32,000 bases of DNA, taken from the NCBI RefSeq assembly GCF_001457615.1, contig NZ_LN831024.1, positions 5,670,001 through 5,702,000 on the forward strand. Direction: 5' to 3'. A program made the translations under genes and the position numbers. Position 1 is the first letter of the stretch. Each line of letters opens with the position of its first letter. Of this stretch, positions 9,480-17,574 are shown piece after piece. Origin of the DNA: Pseudomonas aeruginosa (GTDB lineage Bacteria > Pseudomonadota > Gammaproteobacteria > Pseudomonadales > Pseudomonadaceae). Below the pieces are notes generated by a model. That model did not search any database. It was not told where the DNA came from and was given only the letters and a program-made list of their open reading frames with translations.

Positions 9480-10513
9480 CCGGCGACCTCGGCAGGGTCG
9501 CCGACCAGCCGCTCCAGGGCTTGCAATACCAGGCCAGGCGGCAGCTCGCGGAGGCAATTGTAGTGGCCGAAGCGACAGGTGCGCTCGAAGCACGGGCTGC
9601 ACTCGAGACCGAGGCGGACGATCTCCACCCGGTCCGCCAGCGGCGGGGTGAACTGCGGCGAGGTGGAGCCATAGACGCCCACCAGCGGGCGATCCAGCGC
9701 GGCCGCCACGTGCATCAGGCCGGAATCGTTGGACACCACCGCGCCAGCGCAGGACATCAGGTCGATGGCCTCGGCCAGCGAAGTCTCCCCGGCAAGATTG
9801 AAGGACTCCTCGCGCAACCCCGGAATCAGGCGCTGGCGAATCTCCTCTCCACCGGGATGGTCGTTCTTCGAGCCGAACAGCCAGACCTGCCAGCCGGCAC
9901 GGATCTTCGCCTCGGCGACCGCGGCGTAGTGTTCCGCCGGCCAGCGCTTGGCCTCGCCGAACTCGGCGCCGGGACAGAGCGCCAGCACCGGGCGGTCCAG
10001 GCTCAGGGCGAACTTGTCGAGCGCCGCCTGGCGGCTGCCGTCGTCGATCCGCAGGCGCGGCTGCGGATAGGGCTTCGGCAACTCCACGCCCGGCTCGAAG
10101 GCCAGGGCCATGAAGCGTTCGATCATCAGCGGATAGCGCTGCTTGTCGAGCTTGCGGATGTCATTGAGCAGCCCGTAGCGCATCTCGCCGCGCCAGCCGG
10201 TACGCTTCGGTATTCCGGCGAACCAGGGCACCAGCGCCGACTTCAGCGAGTTGGGCAGCAGGATCGCCTGCTCGTACTGACCGCGCAGGCCGCGTCCGAT
10301 CCGGCGCCGTGTGGCGACGTCCATCACCCCGTGGCCGAGCGGGAAGCTCAGGGCCTGGCGCACCTCGGGCATGCGCTCGAGGATCGGTCGGCTCCACTCG
10401 GGCGCCAGCACGTCGATCATGCACTCGGGATGCCGCTGGCGCAGACACTGGAACAGGGTCTGCGCCATCACCATGTCCCCCACCCAGGAGGGACCTACGA
10501 TCAGAATTCTCAT
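9476..10513 (-). CDS. waaF: ADP-heptose:LPS heptosyltransferase II WaaF
   Basis: 345 aa; MRILIVGPSWVGDMVMAQTLFQCLR, CPGAEFGEAKRWP, VSNDSGLMHVAAALDRPLVGVYGS. Confidence 0.95.
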   Translation of the reverse strand: MRILIVGPSWVGDMVMAQTLFQCLRQRHPECMIDVLAPEWSRPILERMPEVRQALSFPLGHGVMDVATRRRIGRGLRGQYEQAILLPNSLKSALVPWFAGIPKRTGWRGEMRYGLLNDIRKLDKQRYPLMIERFMALAFEPGVELPKPYPQPRLRIDDGSRQAALDKFALSLDRPVLALCPGAEFGEAKRWPAEHYAAVAEAKIRAGWQVWLFGSKNDHPGGEEIRQRLIPGLREESFNLAGETSLAEAIDLMSCAGAVVSNDSGLMHVAAALDRPLVGVYGSTSPQFTPPLADRVEIVRLGLECSPCFERTCRFGHYNCLRELPPGLVLQALERLVGDPAEVAG

Positions 10514-10534
10514 TCAGGCTCCGGAAATGATCAG

Positions 10535-10554
10535 GGAGGCTTTCGCCTCCCTGT
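10535..10554 (-). terminator. Hairpin between ilvE and waaF
   Basis: Perfect inverted repeat AGGGAGGC-TTTC-GCCTCCCT, 8-bp stem, tetraloop, no clear U-tract on the minus strand. Confidence 0.35.
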
Positions 10555-10572
10555 CACACCCTTCTTCGGTGC

Positions 10573-11496
10573 TTACTTGACCAGGGTACGCCACTCGGCG
10601 TGGGCCTCGGTCTTGCCGCTGACCAGGTCGAAATAGGCTTTCTGCAGCTTTTCGGTGACCGGGCCACGGCGGCCGGCGCCGATCTTGCGACCGTCCACTT
10701 CGCGGATCGGCGTGACTTCCGCGGCAGTGCCAGTGAAGAAGGCCTCGTCGGCGATGTACACCTCGTCGCGGGTGATGCGCTTCTCGACCAGTTTAAAACC
10801 GTGTTCGGCGGCCAGGGTCAGGATAGTGTTACGAGTGATGCCGTTCAGGCAGGCGGTGACTTCCGGGGTGTAGATCACGCCATCCTTGATGATGAAGATG
10901 TTCTCGCCGGAGCCTTCGGCCACGTAGCCTTCCGGATCGAGCATCATGGCCTCGTCGGCGCCGCCGGAGATCGCTTCCTGGAGGGCCAGCATCGAGTTGA
11001 TGTAGGCGCCGTTGGACTTGGCGCGGGTCATCGAGATGTTGACGTGGTGGCGGGTGAAGGAACTGGTGCGCACCTTGATGCCTTGCTGCAGGGCTTCCTC
11101 GCCCATGTAGGCGCCCCAGCTCCAGGCGGCGATGATCACATGGACCTTCAGGCCGCTGGCGCGCAGGCCCATGCCTTCGCTTCCGTAGAACACCATCGGG
11201 CGGATATAGGCGCTTTCCAGGTTGTTCTCGCGCACGGCGGCGCGGGTCGCCTCGTTGATCTCGTCGCGGCTGTACGGGATCTGCATGTTCATGATGTGCG
11301 CGGAGTCGAACAGCCGGTCGGTATGCGCCTGCAGGCGGAAGATCGCCGTGCCCTGCGGGGTGTCGTAGGCGCGCACGCCCTCGAACACGCCCATTCCATA
11401 GTGCAGGGTATGGGTCAGCACGTGCGTGGTCGCGTCGCGCCACTGCACCAGTTCACCGTCATACCAGATCACGCCATCACGATCGGCCATCGACAT
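10573..11496 (-). CDS. ilvE: Branched-chain-amino-acid aminotransferase
   Basis: 307 aa class IV aminotransferase; MSMADRDGVIWYDGELVQWRDATTHVLTHTLHYGMGVFEGVRAY, PEVTACLNGITRNTI, FFTGTAAEVTPIREVDGRKIG; AAGGAG upstream of ATG. Confidence 0.95.
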   Translation of the reverse strand: MSMADRDGVIWYDGELVQWRDATTHVLTHTLHYGMGVFEGVRAYDTPQGTAIFRLQAHTDRLFDSAHIMNMQIPYSRDEINEATRAAVRENNLESAYIRPMVFYGSEGMGLRASGLKVHVIIAAWSWGAYMGEEALQQGIKVRTSSFTRHHVNISMTRAKSNGAYINSMLALQEAISGGADEAMMLDPEGYVAEGSGENIFIIKDGVIYTPEVTACLNGITRNTILTLAAEHGFKLVEKRITRDEVYIADEAFFTGTAAEVTPIREVDGRKIGAGRRGPVTEKLQKAYFDLVSGKTEAHAEWRTLVK

Positions 11497-11520
11497 AGTT
11501 GCCAGCTCCTTCAGATATTC

Positions 11521-11541
11521 GTTACGTACTTGCGTTACGTG
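11521..11541 (-). promoter_or_regulatory. Direct repeat CACGTAA-N6-TACGTAA upstream of ilvE
   Basis: Plus strand GTTACGTacttgcGTTACGTg; on the ilvE coding strand CACGTAACGCAAGTACGTAAC, 13-nt period, about 25-45 nt before the ilvE ATG. Confidence 0.4.
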
Positions 11542-11551
11542 CCTGAGTGGA

Positions 11552-14500
11552 TCAGCCGAGCCGCAGCTCGCGCCAGATCCTGATCACTTCTCGCCGCTCC
11601 GTCTGGAAGTGCTCGCCGCTCACGACCCCGGCCTCCTTCTGTAGTGCCAGGCGGTGTGCGGCTGCGCGATAGGCCTTGTAGGCCTCCTGCAGGAGACGGA
11701 CGTCCTCGCTGGCGATCAGGCCAGCCCGTTCCAGTCCTTCCAGAATGCGGATGTTATCGGTGAATTCGAGCAGCGCCGGGTGTTCTCCGGACCAAGCTAG
11801 AACCGCATATTGCACCATAAATTCGATATCGACGATACCACCGGCATCGTGCTTGAGATCGAAGGCTGCCGTGGCCTCGAAGGCATTCGAGGCGGTACCG
11901 GCGGCGGTCGCGCGGGTTCCCAGGTTGTCGCGCATCTTGGCGCGCATTTCGCTGACTTCGGTGCGCAACGCGTCGAGATCGCGCGGCCTCGCCAGCACCT
12001 CGGCACGTACCGCCTCGAAGCTCGCCTGCACCCGCCGGCAACCGGCCAGCACCCGGGCGCGGACCAACGCCTGGTGCTCCCAGGTCCAGGCCTCCTGCTC
12101 CTGGTAGCGCTGGAAGGCGCCCAGCGAACTCACCAGCAGGCCGGCCGCGCCGCTCGGACGCAGGCGCATGTCGACCTCGTAGAGGGTGCCGGATGGCGTC
12201 TGCGCGGTGAGGAAATGGATGATCTTCTGCCCCAGGCGGGTAAAGAACTGCGCGCCATCGATGGATTTGCCGCCATCGGTCTCGCACTGGGGGTCGCCGT
12301 CATGGATGAACACCAGGTCGAGGTCCGAGCCATGGCCGAACTCCAGCCCGCCGACCTTGCCGTAGCCGACGATGACGAAGTCCGGATCGCACGGCGTGCC
12401 GTCGGCGCGCAACGGCCGGCCATGACGCTGCACCAACTGCCGCCAGGCCAGTTCGAGGACCTCGACGAGGATCGCCTCGGCCAGCCAGGTCAGGTAGTCG
12501 CTGACCTTCATCAACGGCAGCGTGCCGGCGATCTCCGAGGCCGCCACCCGCAGCCCGTGGGCCAGCTTGAAGTGACGAAGGGTCTCCATTTGCTGCTCGA
12601 GGTCGTCCTCGGGAATCCGCATCAGCCGTTCGCGCAGCTCGGCGGCCAGCTCGGCGGCCTGTGGAGGACGGAACAGGCGCCCCTCGTTGAGCAGCTCGTC
12701 GAGCAGAATCGGGAACCGCGCGATCTGCTCGGCAACCATCGGGCTGGCCGCGCAGAGGGTCAGCAGGCGCTCCAGCGCGCCGGGGTTCTCGGTCAGCAAC
12801 ACCAGGTAGGCGGAACGCCGCGCCACCGCTTCCACCAGCGGCAGGACCCGCTCCAGCACCAGGTCCGGCTGGGGGTTTTCCACGGTCATCGCCAGCAGGC
12901 GCGGAACGAAGGCATCCAGGCGCTCCCGGCCGAGACGCTGCATCGCTCGTACCTGGGGGCCGTGGCGCAGATCGCTGAGACGCTTCCAGGCCGCCTCGGC
13001 ATCGACGAAGCCGGCGTCGGCCAGTTGCCGGCTGGCCGACTCCTCGTCCAGCGCCTCCTCCCACAGCGGGATCCACTCGGCGCCGACGCTGCCGCAGGCC
13101 GCCTCGCCGCTTTCGTCCTCGTCCGGGTCGGCGATCACCTGGCGGAAGTGCCAGTCGATGCGCGCCCGCCAGTGGCTCAGGCGCTCGTGGAATGCGGCCC
13201 AACTGGCGAAGCCCATGATGAAGGCCACGCGGATGCGGTCGTATTCGTCGCTGGGCAGCATTTGCGTCTGCCGGTCGGCCAGCGCCTGGATGGCATGCTC
13301 GGCGTAGCGCAGGAACTCGTAGCCGCCGCGCAGCTCCTCGACCACCGCCGGCGGCAGGTAGCCCTGCCCCTCCAGGGTCGCCAGCACCTTCAGCAGCGGC
13401 CGTTGCTGCAAGCTCAGGTCGCGCCCGCCATGGATCAACTGGAAGGCCTGGGCGATGAACTCCACCTCGCGGATACCGCCTTCGCCCAGCTTGATGTTTT
13501 CCGACATCCCCTTGCGCCGGACCTCCTGCTGGATCAGCTGCTTCATGGTGCGCAGCGCCTCGATGGCGGAAAAGTCCAGGTAGCGCCGATAGACGAACGG
13601 CCGCAGCATGCCGAGCAGTTGCTCGCCTGCCTGCTGGTCGCCGCCGACCACCCGCGCCTTGATCATCGCGTAGCGCTCCCAGTCGCGCCCCTGGTCCTGG
13701 TAGTACTGCTCCAGCGCGGCGAAGCTGTAGACCAGCGGTCCGCTGGAGCCGTAGGGACGCAGGCGCATGTCGACGCGGAAGACGAAGCCGTCGACGGTGA
13801 TCGCATCCAGCGCCTTGATCAGCTTCTGCCCCAGGCGGGTGAAGAACTCCTGGTTGTCCAGCGAACGCTTCGCCCCCTCGGTCTCGCCGCCCTCCGGGTA
13901 ACCGAAGATCAGGTCGATGTCCGACGACAGGTTGAGTTCCACCGCGCCCAGCTTGCCCATGCCGAGGACCACCATCCGCTGCGGTTCGCCGGAGCGCCGG
14001 CCGATCGGCGTGCCGAACTGCTCGCACTGGCGCCGATGGAGCCACTCGCAAGCCAGGTCGATGCAGGCGTCGGCCAGGGCCGACAGGTCGCGACAGGTTT
14101 CCGCCAGCGCGGCGCGGCGGGTCAGGTCGCGCCAGATGATGCGCAGTTGCTGGCGTGTGCGGAAACGTCGCAGGCGCCGACCGAGTTCGTCCTCGTCGGC
14201 GCAATCCTCCAGCCGCGCCTGCAACTGACTGCGCAGTTCGCCGGGCGCGTGGGGGTTCTCCAGCTCGCCGCGTTCGGCCAGTTCCAGCAGCATCGCCGGG
14301 TCGCGCACTGCCTGCTCGGCGACGAAATCGCTGGCCGCGGCGACCCGTCGGAAATCCTCCAGGCGCTCCTCGGGCCAGGCCTCCAGGCGGGCCAGGGCGG
14401 CGGCATCGAGGGCGGCGACAGCGGAGCGGAGGGCAGTCCCGGCGCGTTCGGCGGCGGGCAGCAGGGTGGCCGGCAGATTCGCCAGCGAAGGCAGGCTCAT
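11552..14500 (-). CDS. glnE: Bifunctional glutamine synthetase adenylyltransferase/adenylyl-removing enzyme
   Basis: 982 aa with two nucleotidyltransferase modules (LSSDIDLIFGYPEG; GSDLDLVFIHDGD). Confidence 0.95.
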   Translation of the reverse strand: MSLPSLANLPATLLPAAERAGTALRSAVAALDAAALARLEAWPEERLEDFRRVAAASDFVAEQAVRDPAMLLELAERGELENPHAPGELRSQLQARLEDCADEDELGRRLRRFRTRQQLRIIWRDLTRRAALAETCRDLSALADACIDLACEWLHRRQCEQFGTPIGRRSGEPQRMVVLGMGKLGAVELNLSSDIDLIFGYPEGGETEGAKRSLDNQEFFTRLGQKLIKALDAITVDGFVFRVDMRLRPYGSSGPLVYSFAALEQYYQDQGRDWERYAMIKARVVGGDQQAGEQLLGMLRPFVYRRYLDFSAIEALRTMKQLIQQEVRRKGMSENIKLGEGGIREVEFIAQAFQLIHGGRDLSLQQRPLLKVLATLEGQGYLPPAVVEELRGGYEFLRYAEHAIQALADRQTQMLPSDEYDRIRVAFIMGFASWAAFHERLSHWRARIDWHFRQVIADPDEDESGEAACGSVGAEWIPLWEEALDEESASRQLADAGFVDAEAAWKRLSDLRHGPQVRAMQRLGRERLDAFVPRLLAMTVENPQPDLVLERVLPLVEAVARRSAYLVLLTENPGALERLLTLCAASPMVAEQIARFPILLDELLNEGRLFRPPQAAELAAELRERLMRIPEDDLEQQMETLRHFKLAHGLRVAASEIAGTLPLMKVSDYLTWLAEAILVEVLELAWRQLVQRHGRPLRADGTPCDPDFVIVGYGKVGGLEFGHGSDLDLVFIHDGDPQCETDGGKSIDGAQFFTRLGQKIIHFLTAQTPSGTLYEVDMRLRPSGAAGLLVSSLGAFQRYQEQEAWTWEHQALVRARVLAGCRRVQASFEAVRAEVLARPRDLDALRTEVSEMRAKMRDNLGTRATAAGTASNAFEATAAFDLKHDAGGIVDIEFMVQYAVLAWSGEHPALLEFTDNIRILEGLERAGLIASEDVRLLQEAYKAYRAAAHRLALQKEAGVVSGEHFQTERREVIRIWRELRLG

Positions 14501-14601
14501 GGTCTATCCTGTTTGGGCTTCCGACCGAAGACCACAGGCTCGACGCACAACGTCGAAAAGGCTCTACATCGGGCCTTATAGCCTGACAGCGACAATCGAA
14601 A

Positions 14602-14668
14602 TGTAGTTTTACTACTAAAAATTGTATCCAGAGGGCTGTTTCTCAGACTGATCTGTAGTAAAACTACA
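14602..14668. promoter_or_regulatory. Two inverted-repeat operator-like boxes upstream of aceE
   Basis: GTAGT-TTTT-ACTAC at about 14603-14616 and TGTAGT-AAA-ACTACA at about 14654-14668, centres about 51-52 bp apart, in an AT-rich stretch of the glnE/aceE divergent intergenic region. Confidence 0.6.
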
Positions 14669-14781
14669 AGTCGCCGGGTACACCCCCGGAGAACATCCAA
14701 GAATTAGCTGCGGTCGCCCACGAGGCCGGCCGCTCACCTATGGCATCCGATTCTGGAAGCCTTTCCGCCCTGGAGCAAGCC

Positions 14782-17430
14782 ATGCAAGACCTCGATCCCG
14801 TCGAAACCCAGGAATGGCTGGACGCCCTGGAGTCCGTACTCGACCGCGAAGGTGAAGACCGCGCTCATTACCTGATGACCCGCATGGGCGAGCTGGCCAG
14901 CCGTAGCGGCACCCAACTGCCCTACGCGATCACCACGCCCTATCGCAACACCATTCCGGTAACCCACGAAGCACGCATGCCCGGCGACCTGTTCATGGAA
15001 CGCCGGATCCGCTCCCTGGTGCGCTGGAACGCCCTGGCGATGGTGATGCGGGCGAACAAGCACGACCCGGACCTGGGCGGCCACATCTCCACCTTCGCCT
15101 CCTCGGCGACCCTCTACGACATCGGCTTCAACTATTTCTTCCAGGCTCCCACCGACGAACACGGCGGCGACCTGGTGTTCTTCCAGGGCCACGCGTCCCC
15201 CGGCGTCTACGCCCGGGCCTTCCTCGAAGGCCGCATCAGCGAGGAACAACTGGAGAACTTCCGCCAGGAAGTGGACGGCAACGGCCTGTCCTCCTATCCG
15301 CACCCCTGGCTGATGCCAGACTTCTGGCAGTTCCCCACCGTATCCATGGGCCTTGGCCCGATCCAGGCGATCTACCAGGCACGTTTCATGAAGTACCTGG
15401 AAAGCCGCGGCTTCATCCCCGCCGGCAAGCAGAAGGTCTGGTGCTTCATGGGCGACGGCGAGTGCGACGAGCCGGAATCCCTCGGCGCGATCTCCCTGGC
15501 CGGCCGCGAGAAACTCGACAACCTGATCTTCGTCATCAACTGCAACCTGCAGCGCCTCGACGGCCCGGTCCGCGGCAACGCCAAGATCATCCAGGAGCTG
15601 GAAGGCGTGTTCCGCGGCGCCGAGTGGAACGTCAACAAGGTCATCTGGGGTCGCTTCTGGGACCCGCTGTTCGCCAAGGACACCGCCGGCCTGCTGCAAC
15701 AGCGCATGGACGAGGTCATCGACGGCGAATACCAGAACTACAAGGCGAAAGACGGCGCCTACGTGCGCGAGCACTTCTTCGGCGCGCGTCCGGAACTGCT
15801 GGAAATGGTCAAGGACCTTTCCGACGAGGAAATCTGGAAGCTCAACCGCGGCGGCCACGACCCCTACAAGGTCTATGCGGCCTACCACCAGGCGGTCAAC
15901 CACAAGGGCCAGCCGACCGTCATCCTGGCCAAGACCATCAAGGGCTACGGCACCGGCAGCGGCGAAGCGAAGAACATCGCGCACAACGTGAAGAAGGTCG
16001 ACGTCGACAGCCTGCGCGCGTTCCGCGACAAGTTCGACATCCCGGTCAAGGACGCCGACCTGGAGAAGCTGCCGTTCTACAAGCCTGAAGAAGGCAGCGC
16101 CGAGGCCAAGTACCTGGCCGAGCGCCGCGCCGCGCTGGGCGGCTTCATGCCGGTGCGCCGGCAGAAGAGCATGAGCGTGCCGGTTCCGCCGCTGGAAACC
16201 CTGAAGGCCATGCTCGACGGCTCCGGCGATCGCGAGATCTCCACCACCATGGCCTTCGTGCGGATCATCTCGCAGTTGGTCAAGGACAAGGAACTCGGCC
16301 CGCGCATCGTCCCGATCGTCCCGGACGAGGCCCGTACCTTCGGCATGGAAGGCATGTTCCGCCAGCTCGGCATCTACTCCTCGGTCGGCCAGCTCTACGA
16401 GCCGGTGGACAAGGACCAGGTGATGTTCTACCGCGAGGACAAGAAGGGCCAGATCCTCGAGGAAGGCATCAACGAGGCCGGCGCCATGTCCAGCTGGATT
16501 GCCGCCGGTACCTCCTACAGCACCCACAACCAGCCGATGCTGCCGTTCTACATCTTCTATTCGATGTTCGGCTTCCAGCGCATCGGCGACCTGGCCTGGG
16601 CCGCCGGCGACAGCCGCGCGCACGGCTTCCTGATCGGCGGCACCGCCGGTCGCACCACGCTGAACGGCGAAGGCCTGCAGCACGAGGACGGCCACAGCCA
16701 CCTGCTGGCCTCGACCATCCCGAACTGCCGCACCTACGATCCGACCTACGCCTACGAACTGGCGGTGATCATCCGCGAAGGCTCGCGGCAGATGATCGAA
16801 GAGCAGCAGGACATCTTCTACTACATCACCGTGATGAACGAGAACTACGTCCAGCCGGCCATGCCGAAGGGCGCAGAGGAAGGCATCATCAAGGGCATGT
16901 ACCTCCTCGAGGAGGACAAGAAGGAAGCCGCTCACCACGTGCAACTGCTGGGCTCCGGCACCATCCTGCGCGAAGTCGAGGAAGCGGCCAAGCTGCTGCG
17001 CAACGACTTCGGTATCGGCGCCGACGTCTGGAGCGTGCCGAGCTTCAACGAGCTGCGTCGCGACGGCCTTGCCGTCGAGCGCTGGAACCGCCTGCATCCG
17101 GGCCAGAAGCCGAAGCAGAGCTACGTCGAGGAGTGCCTGGGCGGCCGTCGCGGCCCGGTGATCGCCTCCACCGACTACATGAAGCTCTACGCCGAGCAGA
17201 TCCGCCAGTGGGTTCCCTCCAAGGAGTACAAGGTGCTCGGCACCGACGGCTTCGGCCGCAGCGACAGCCGCAAGAAGCTGCGCAACTTCTTCGAAGTGGA
17301 TCGTCACTGGGTGGTGCTGGCCGCGCTCGAAGCGCTGGCCGATCGCGGCGATATCGAGCCGAAAGTGGTGGCCGAGGCCATCGCCAAGTACGGTATCGAT
17401 CCGGAGAAGCGCAACCCGCTGGATTGCTAA
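14782..17430 (+). CDS. aceE: Pyruvate dehydrogenase E1 component
   Basis: 882 aa from MQDLDPVETQEWLDALESVLDREGEDRAHYLM; FMGDGECDEPESLGAISLAGREKLDNLIFVINCNLQRLDGPVRGN thiamine pyrophosphate motif. An in-frame upstream ATG at 14740 gives 896 aa. Confidence 0.95.
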   Translation: MQDLDPVETQEWLDALESVLDREGEDRAHYLMTRMGELASRSGTQLPYAITTPYRNTIPVTHEARMPGDLFMERRIRSLVRWNALAMVMRANKHDPDLGGHISTFASSATLYDIGFNYFFQAPTDEHGGDLVFFQGHASPGVYARAFLEGRISEEQLENFRQEVDGNGLSSYPHPWLMPDFWQFPTVSMGLGPIQAIYQARFMKYLESRGFIPAGKQKVWCFMGDGECDEPESLGAISLAGREKLDNLIFVINCNLQRLDGPVRGNAKIIQELEGVFRGAEWNVNKVIWGRFWDPLFAKDTAGLLQQRMDEVIDGEYQNYKAKDGAYVREHFFGARPELLEMVKDLSDEEIWKLNRGGHDPYKVYAAYHQAVNHKGQPTVILAKTIKGYGTGSGEAKNIAHNVKKVDVDSLRAFRDKFDIPVKDADLEKLPFYKPEEGSAEAKYLAERRAALGGFMPVRRQKSMSVPVPPLETLKAMLDGSGDREISTTMAFVRIISQLVKDKELGPRIVPIVPDEARTFGMEGMFRQLGIYSSVGQLYEPVDKDQVMFYREDKKGQILEEGINEAGAMSSWIAAGTSYSTHNQPMLPFYIFYSMFGFQRIGDLAWAAGDSRAHGFLIGGTAGRTTLNGEGLQHEDGHSHLLASTIPNCRTYDPTYAYELAVIIREGSRQMIEEQQDIFYYITVMNENYVQPAMPKGAEEGIIKGMYLLEEDKKEAAHHVQLLGSGTILREVEEAAKLLRNDFGIGADVWSVPSFNELRRDGLAVERWNRLHPGQKPKQSYVEECLGGRRGPVIASTDYMKLYAEQIRQWVPSKEYKVLGTDGFGRSDSRKKLRNFFEVDRHWVVLAALEALADRGDIEPKVVAEAIAKYGIDPEKRNPLDC

Positions 17431-17443
17431 TTCGCTCCATACT

Positions 17444-17464
17444 CCCCTCGGCAGCGAGGGGTTT
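17444..17464 (+). terminator. Hairpin downstream of aceE (CCCCTCG-GCAG-CGAGGGG-TTT)
   Basis: Perfect 7-bp stem, tetraloop, only 3 T after it; weak terminator or processing hairpin. Confidence 0.4.
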
Positions 17465-17471
17465 CGAGCAC

Positions 17472-17499
17472 GCCGGCGCCGCCAACGGGCGGCGCCGGC
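17472..17499 (+). promoter_or_regulatory. Strong GC hairpin in the aceE-aceF intergenic spacer
   Basis: GCCGGCGCCGCC-AACG-GGCGGCGCCGGC, perfect 12-bp stem, no T-tract. Confidence 0.55.
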
Positions 17500-17574
17500 T
17501 CACAACGAACCAAGGACCAAAAGTCTTTGTTTTGCGCGCCGCACAGCGGTGGTGGCACGTAAAAGGAGAGGAAT

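Noticed and set aside
11810-14581. 923 aa plus-strand ORF opposite glnE
   Set aside because: Entirely antisense to a clear glnE; low-complexity H/R/Q/G/A-rich translation typical of high-GC antisense frames.
14734-17307. 857 aa minus-strand ORF opposite aceE
   Set aside because: Antisense to well-supported aceE; no recognisable motif; GC codon-bias artefact.
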